DNA from: Lytechinus pictus
Taxonomy: Eukaryota
NCBI RefSeq assembly: GCF_037042905.1
Contig: NC_087247.1
Coordinates: forward strand, 45,694,001-45,758,000
DNA: 64,000 bases
Reading direction: 5' to 3'
The notes beneath the pieces were generated by a model that worked only from the letters and a program-made list of their open reading frames with translations, ran no database searches and was not told where the DNA came from. The stretch's first letter is position 1, and each line of letters opens with the position of its first letter. The position numbers and the translations under genes were made by a program. Positions 62,395 to 64,000 of this stretch are shown one piece after another.

Positions 62395-64000
62395 GGTCTA
62401 GCTCACCTGGTCTGCTGGAGGCCTACATGTACATATTTGACCTTAAGGCAACATGCACAAACCGATGTCGGTTTCTAAATTTACACTTCAATATGAATCA
62501 TGATTGATAATGTAATTATAAAATGCAGATATAATGAGAAAAATACGGGTGTTCAATGTCCCCCATTCCCTGTCATAAAAGTAAACGTCTTTCAGATCGC
62601 AATTTGGAGGAAAATTTAAAAGTAAAAAAAGGTACGTTTGGAAACACGATCAGCTCAGATTTTACGACCTTCAGTCTCGTGAATGCAACACTGAAAATCA
62701 TTGGGTTTTGAAACGTCTTAGAATTTTCTCTCCCAGTGGAAGCCTACTCAAGTATGTGTCAGAATTGACCTTTCTTATGATGGGTCAAACTGCGCAGCAA
62801 GCTGTGCTAACGAGAGCGGAAAATTTAAAGACGATCAAGGTATAATCAGCTTCAAATCTTCAACACTGGACAGTGCATTGCTGATAGCGTTTGTGTTCTG
62901 TGTTTTGTAGTGACGTTTTCAACCATGATCCATGTTGCCAATTAAAAATGGAAACCAACATTACACACACCCTTAAAGTTACTGTACCAACATGCCTCAC
63001 ACAGTGGAGAGTGGGGGGGGGGGGGGCACAGGGGGCGCATACAGCATTTTTGCCCTCAGTAGATGTCACGTTTGTTCCCCTGTGAAGTGTTTATAGTTTT
63101 ATTTCCCCCTCATCAGAAACTTAAAAAAATAAAATTAGCCCACTTTCAGTAGCCCATCATGTATTGATTCCTGGCTTTATGTACACACCCATTGAATGAA
63201 ACTCATTAGCAATGGTATGCCCTGAGCATAGCAGTGGGCTGGAAGCATGCAGAGAATGGTTCAGAACCATAAGGTGCTCTTGTCAGCTTTCATTTTAATC
63301 AAATCTATTTTTCATTGAACACAGTCTTGACCCAGTTCAGACATTGAGTGTATTGTTAGGCCTATTCATTCCATACGGCATGTTTCTACAGAGAATCGTT
63401 AAAAACGGTTCATCTTTTCTGGAATCAAAAAACCGTATCGTCCTTAAACCATCCTACAAACCAATCTACAGTGCGAATAATCCGATTAACTCACATTCCA
63501 AATGGATAAACATGGCAATAACCACCTCCCAGAAGTGGTTATGAGAAACCATATTTTGCATGATGCGGTTTATTAACAAACCACATCGCGTCTGTTTCTA
63601 CAGGGAAGTTTTCCAGAATTCTGGATAATTATTGGAACATGTTTTGTCATAATGTAGGTTCACTGTGTAGCAAAAGGGATGTGGATGGATGTATCATGTA
63701 TAAACTTCTTCTAAGGTGACTTGAAACAGTCTTGTCTCCATCCGTTTTAATTCAATGTGAGCTTTCAGATGAATAGCCCCTACATGTATATCATAATTCT
63801 TTCTAATTTTTTTTTTAATGTTGATGTTGCTCCAATGCTAATCAGTCTATTGTTTTGAGTGAATTTAAATGGGTTTGTAGTATCTGTACAAATGCAGTTA
63901 TTCAAATGTCAGTTTTAAATGAATAATAAAGCAGTAAAATTAATCTGCCAGTTAAGCATTACAATATATCATCTACATGACATGTCAGGAAGGTTACAGT

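Overview
AT-rich, repeat-dense eukaryotic (metazoan) genomic DNA; the repeat types and GT-AG gene structure look like a marine invertebrate deuterostome, probably a sea urchin (inference). There are two well-supported spliced genes, arranged head-to-head about 3.4 kb apart. One is a complete 12-exon beta-glucuronidase (GUSB, GH2 family, 631 aa, minus strand, 44097->33891) with both catalytic glutamate motifs intact. The other is the first five coding exons of DENND6 (plus strand, from 47519, continuing beyond the window). The rest is mostly non-autonomous transposons: TTAA-flanked Kolobok-like MITEs, hAT-like MITEs with 8- and 6-bp target duplications, Helentron-type (HINE) elements with internal tandem repeats, tRNA-derived SINEs and a hairpin-rich tandem element. 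A decayed cluster at 25.6-31.7 kb holds THAP, hAT dimerisation-domain and Ty3/Gypsy RNase H remnants. A CpG-rich promoter-like region at about 10.3-12.7 kb carries a perfect minus-strand splice donor, suggesting a third transcript. There is a 161-N assembly gap at 16165-16325. I found no convincing novel multi-gene system; the most interesting leads are structural and are listed as findings.
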